Assembly: GCF_044704955.1 (NCBI RefSeq)
Contig: NW_027252026.1
Coordinates: forward strand, 62,001 to 126,000
Direction: 5' to 3'
DNA length: 64,000 bases
Source: Pristiophorus japonicus
Lineage: Eukaryota
Shown here: one piece after another, positions 61,401 through 64,000 of the stretch
How the letters are laid out: every line of letters starts with the position of its first letter
How positions within the stretch are numbered: the first letter of the stretch is position 1
Program-made: the position numbers and the translations under genes
Notes under the pieces: generated by a model
Databases searched by the model: none
Told to the model about the DNA's origin: nothing
The model's input: only the letters and a program-made list of their open reading frames with translations

Positions 61401-64000
61401 AGGCCTCACCAAGGTGCTGTACAACTGCAGTAAGACCTCCCTGTTCCTATACTCAAATTCCATTGCTATGAAGGCCAACATACCATTTGCCTTCTTTACC
61501 ACCTGCTGCACCTGGCCAGCTTTCAATGACTGATGAACCATGACACCCAGGTCTCGTTGCACCTCCTCTTTTCCTAATCTGCCACCATTCAGATAATATT
61601 CTGTCTTTGCGTTTTTGCCCCCAAAGTGGATAACCTCACATTTATCCACATTGTACTGCATCTGCCATGCATCTGCTCACTCACCTAACCTGTCCAAGTC
61701 ACCCTGCAGCCTCTTAGCGACCCCTCACAGCTCACACCGCCACCCAGTTTAGTGTCATCTGCAAATTTGGAGATATTACACTCAATTCCTTCATCCAAAT
61801 CATTGTTGTATATTGTAACGAGCTGGGGTCCCAGCACTGAGCCCTGCGGCACTCCACGAGTCACTGCCTGCCATTCTGAAAAGGACCCATTTATCCCAAC
61901 TCTCTGCTTCCTGTCTGCCAACCAGTTCTCGATCCACATCAGTATATTACCCCCAATACCATGTGCTTTGATTTTACATACCAATCTCTTGTGTGGGACC
62001 TTGTCAAAAGCCTTTTGAAAATCCAAATACACCACATCCACTGATTCTCCCTTGTCCACTCTACTAACTACATCCTCAAAAAATTCCAGAAGATTTGTCA
62101 AGCATGATTTCCCCTTCATAAATCCAAGCTGACTTGGACCGATCCTGTCACTGCTTTCCAAATGTGCTGCTATTTCATCCTTAATAATTGATTCCAACAT
62201 TTTCCCCACGACTGATGTCAGGCTAACCGGTCTATAATTACCCATTTTCTCTCGCCCTCCATTTTTAAAAAGTGGTGTTACATTAGCTACCCTCCAGTCC
62301 ACAGGAACTTATCCAGAGTTGATAGACTGTTGGAAAATGATTACCAATGCATCCACTATTTCTAGGGCCACTTCCTTAAGTACTCTGGGATGCAGACTAT
62401 CTGGCCCCGGGGATTTATCGGCCTTCAATCCCATCAATTTCCCTAACACAATTTCCCACCTAATAAGGATATCCTTCAGTTCCTCCTCTCACTTGACCCT
62501 CGGTCCCCTAGTACTTTTGGAAGGTTATTTGTATCTTCCTTCGTGAAGACTGAACCAAAGTATTTGTTCAATTGGTCTGCCATTTGTTTGTTCCCCATTA
62601 TAAATTCACCTGAATCCGACTGCAAGGGAGCTACGTTTGTCTTCACTAATCTTTTTCACTTCACATATTTATAGAAGCTTTTGCAGTCAGTTTTTATGTT
62701 CCCGGCAAGCTTCTTCTCATACTCTATTTTCTCCCTCTTAATTAAACCCTTTGTCCTCCTCTGCTAAATTCTAAATTTCTCCCAGTCCTCAGGTTTGCTG
62801 CTTTTTCTGGCCAATTTATATGCCTCTTCCTTGGATTTAACACTATCCTTAATTTCCCTTGTTAGCCAGGGTTGAGCCACCTTCCCCATTTTATTCTTAC
62901 TCCAGACAGGGATGTACAATTGCTGAAGTTCATCCATGTGATCTTTAAATGTTTGCCATTGCATATCCACTGTCAACCCTTTAAATATCATTTGCAAGTC
63001 TACTCTAGCCAATTCATGCTTCAAACCATCGAAGTTACCTTTCCTTAAGTTCAGGACCCTGGTTGTAAGTTCAGCAAGAGTGAGTTCTCTCGGAGAAGTG
63101 GGCAGCACTCCCACCTGAGTCGGAAGGCTAGAACATAACAAGAAATAGGAGCAGGAGCATGCCATACGGCCCCTCGAGCCTGCTCCGCCATTTAATATGA
63201 TCATGGCTGATCCAATCATGGACTCGGGTCCACTTACCTGCCCGCTCTCCATAACCCTTTATTCCCTTATCGGTTGAGAAACTGTCTCTGTTTTAAATTT
63301 ATTCAATGTCCCAGCTTCCACAGCTCTCTGAGGCAGCGATTTCCACAAATTTACAACCCTCTGAGAAAAGAAATTCCTCCTCATCTCAGTTTTAAATTGA
63401 CGGCCCCTTATTCTAAGATTATGCCCCCTAGTTCTAGTCTCACCTATTAGTGGAAACATCCTCTCTGTATCCACATTGTCAAGCCCCCTCATAATCTTAT
63501 ACGTTTCGATAAGATCACCTCTCATTCTTCTGAATTCCAATGAGTAGAGACCCAAACTACCCAACCTTTCGTCATAAGTTAACTCCCTCATCTCTGGAAT
63601 CAACCTAGTGAACCTTCTCTGAACTACCTCCAAAGCAAGTATATCCTTTCTTAAATATGGAAACCAACATTTTACACAATATTCTAGATGTGGCCTCACC
63701 AATACCCTGCATAACTGTAGCAAGACTTCCCTGCTTTTATACTCCATCCCCTTTGCAATAAAGGCTAAAATTCCATTGGCCTTCCTGATCACTTGCTGTA
63801 TCTGCATACTAACCTTTTGTGTTTCATGCACCAAGACCCCCAGGTCTCGCTGTACTGCAGCACTTTGTAATTTTTCTCCATTTAAATAATAACTTGCTCT
63901 TCGATTTTTTCTGCCAACGTGCATAACCTTACATTTTATACTCCATCTGTCAAATCTTTGCCCACTCACTTAGCCTATCTATGTCCTTTTGCAAGTTTTT
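55481..64000 (-). repeat. Right arm of the inverted segmental duplication, continuing past the window end
   Basis: Starts GACTTGGAAGAAGGGACTGAG, the reverse complement of 41509-41529, directly after a 44-bp minisatellite. Contains mirror copies of all CR1, L2 and unique segments of the left arm. Confidence 0.95.

Overview
Vertebrate genomic DNA, most likely a shark or other elasmobranch (inferred from the repeat content: CR1 LINEs with TTCTATGT tails, L2, RTE, Deu-domain SINEs and short-LTR Gypsy elements). Most of the window is nested retroelement debris. Hidden in it is a 7-exon minus-strand gene (43106 to 18367) that the ORF track only partly shows. I assembled it by hand from splice signals and exon phases: leader, two germline-joined VJ-type Ig domains, an uncharged TM exon, and three cytoplasmic exons carrying two YxN motifs and a terminal NPF. 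It looks like a non-rearranging antigen-receptor-like V-V-TM receptor. This copy is disabled by an in-frame TAG in V1 and a frameshift in the J part of V2. Part of its first intron is duplicated as a near-identical inverted repeat of at least 8.5 kb (33017-41529 vs 55481-64000, running off the window). The only leader exon and promoter I found lie in the 14-kb spacer between the arms. A CpG-island promoter with a probable tiny first coding exon (ATG GCG GCC G|gtgagc) lies at about 6.4-6.7 kb on the + strand. Repeat boundaries are approximate. Exon and LTR boundaries were read base by base.
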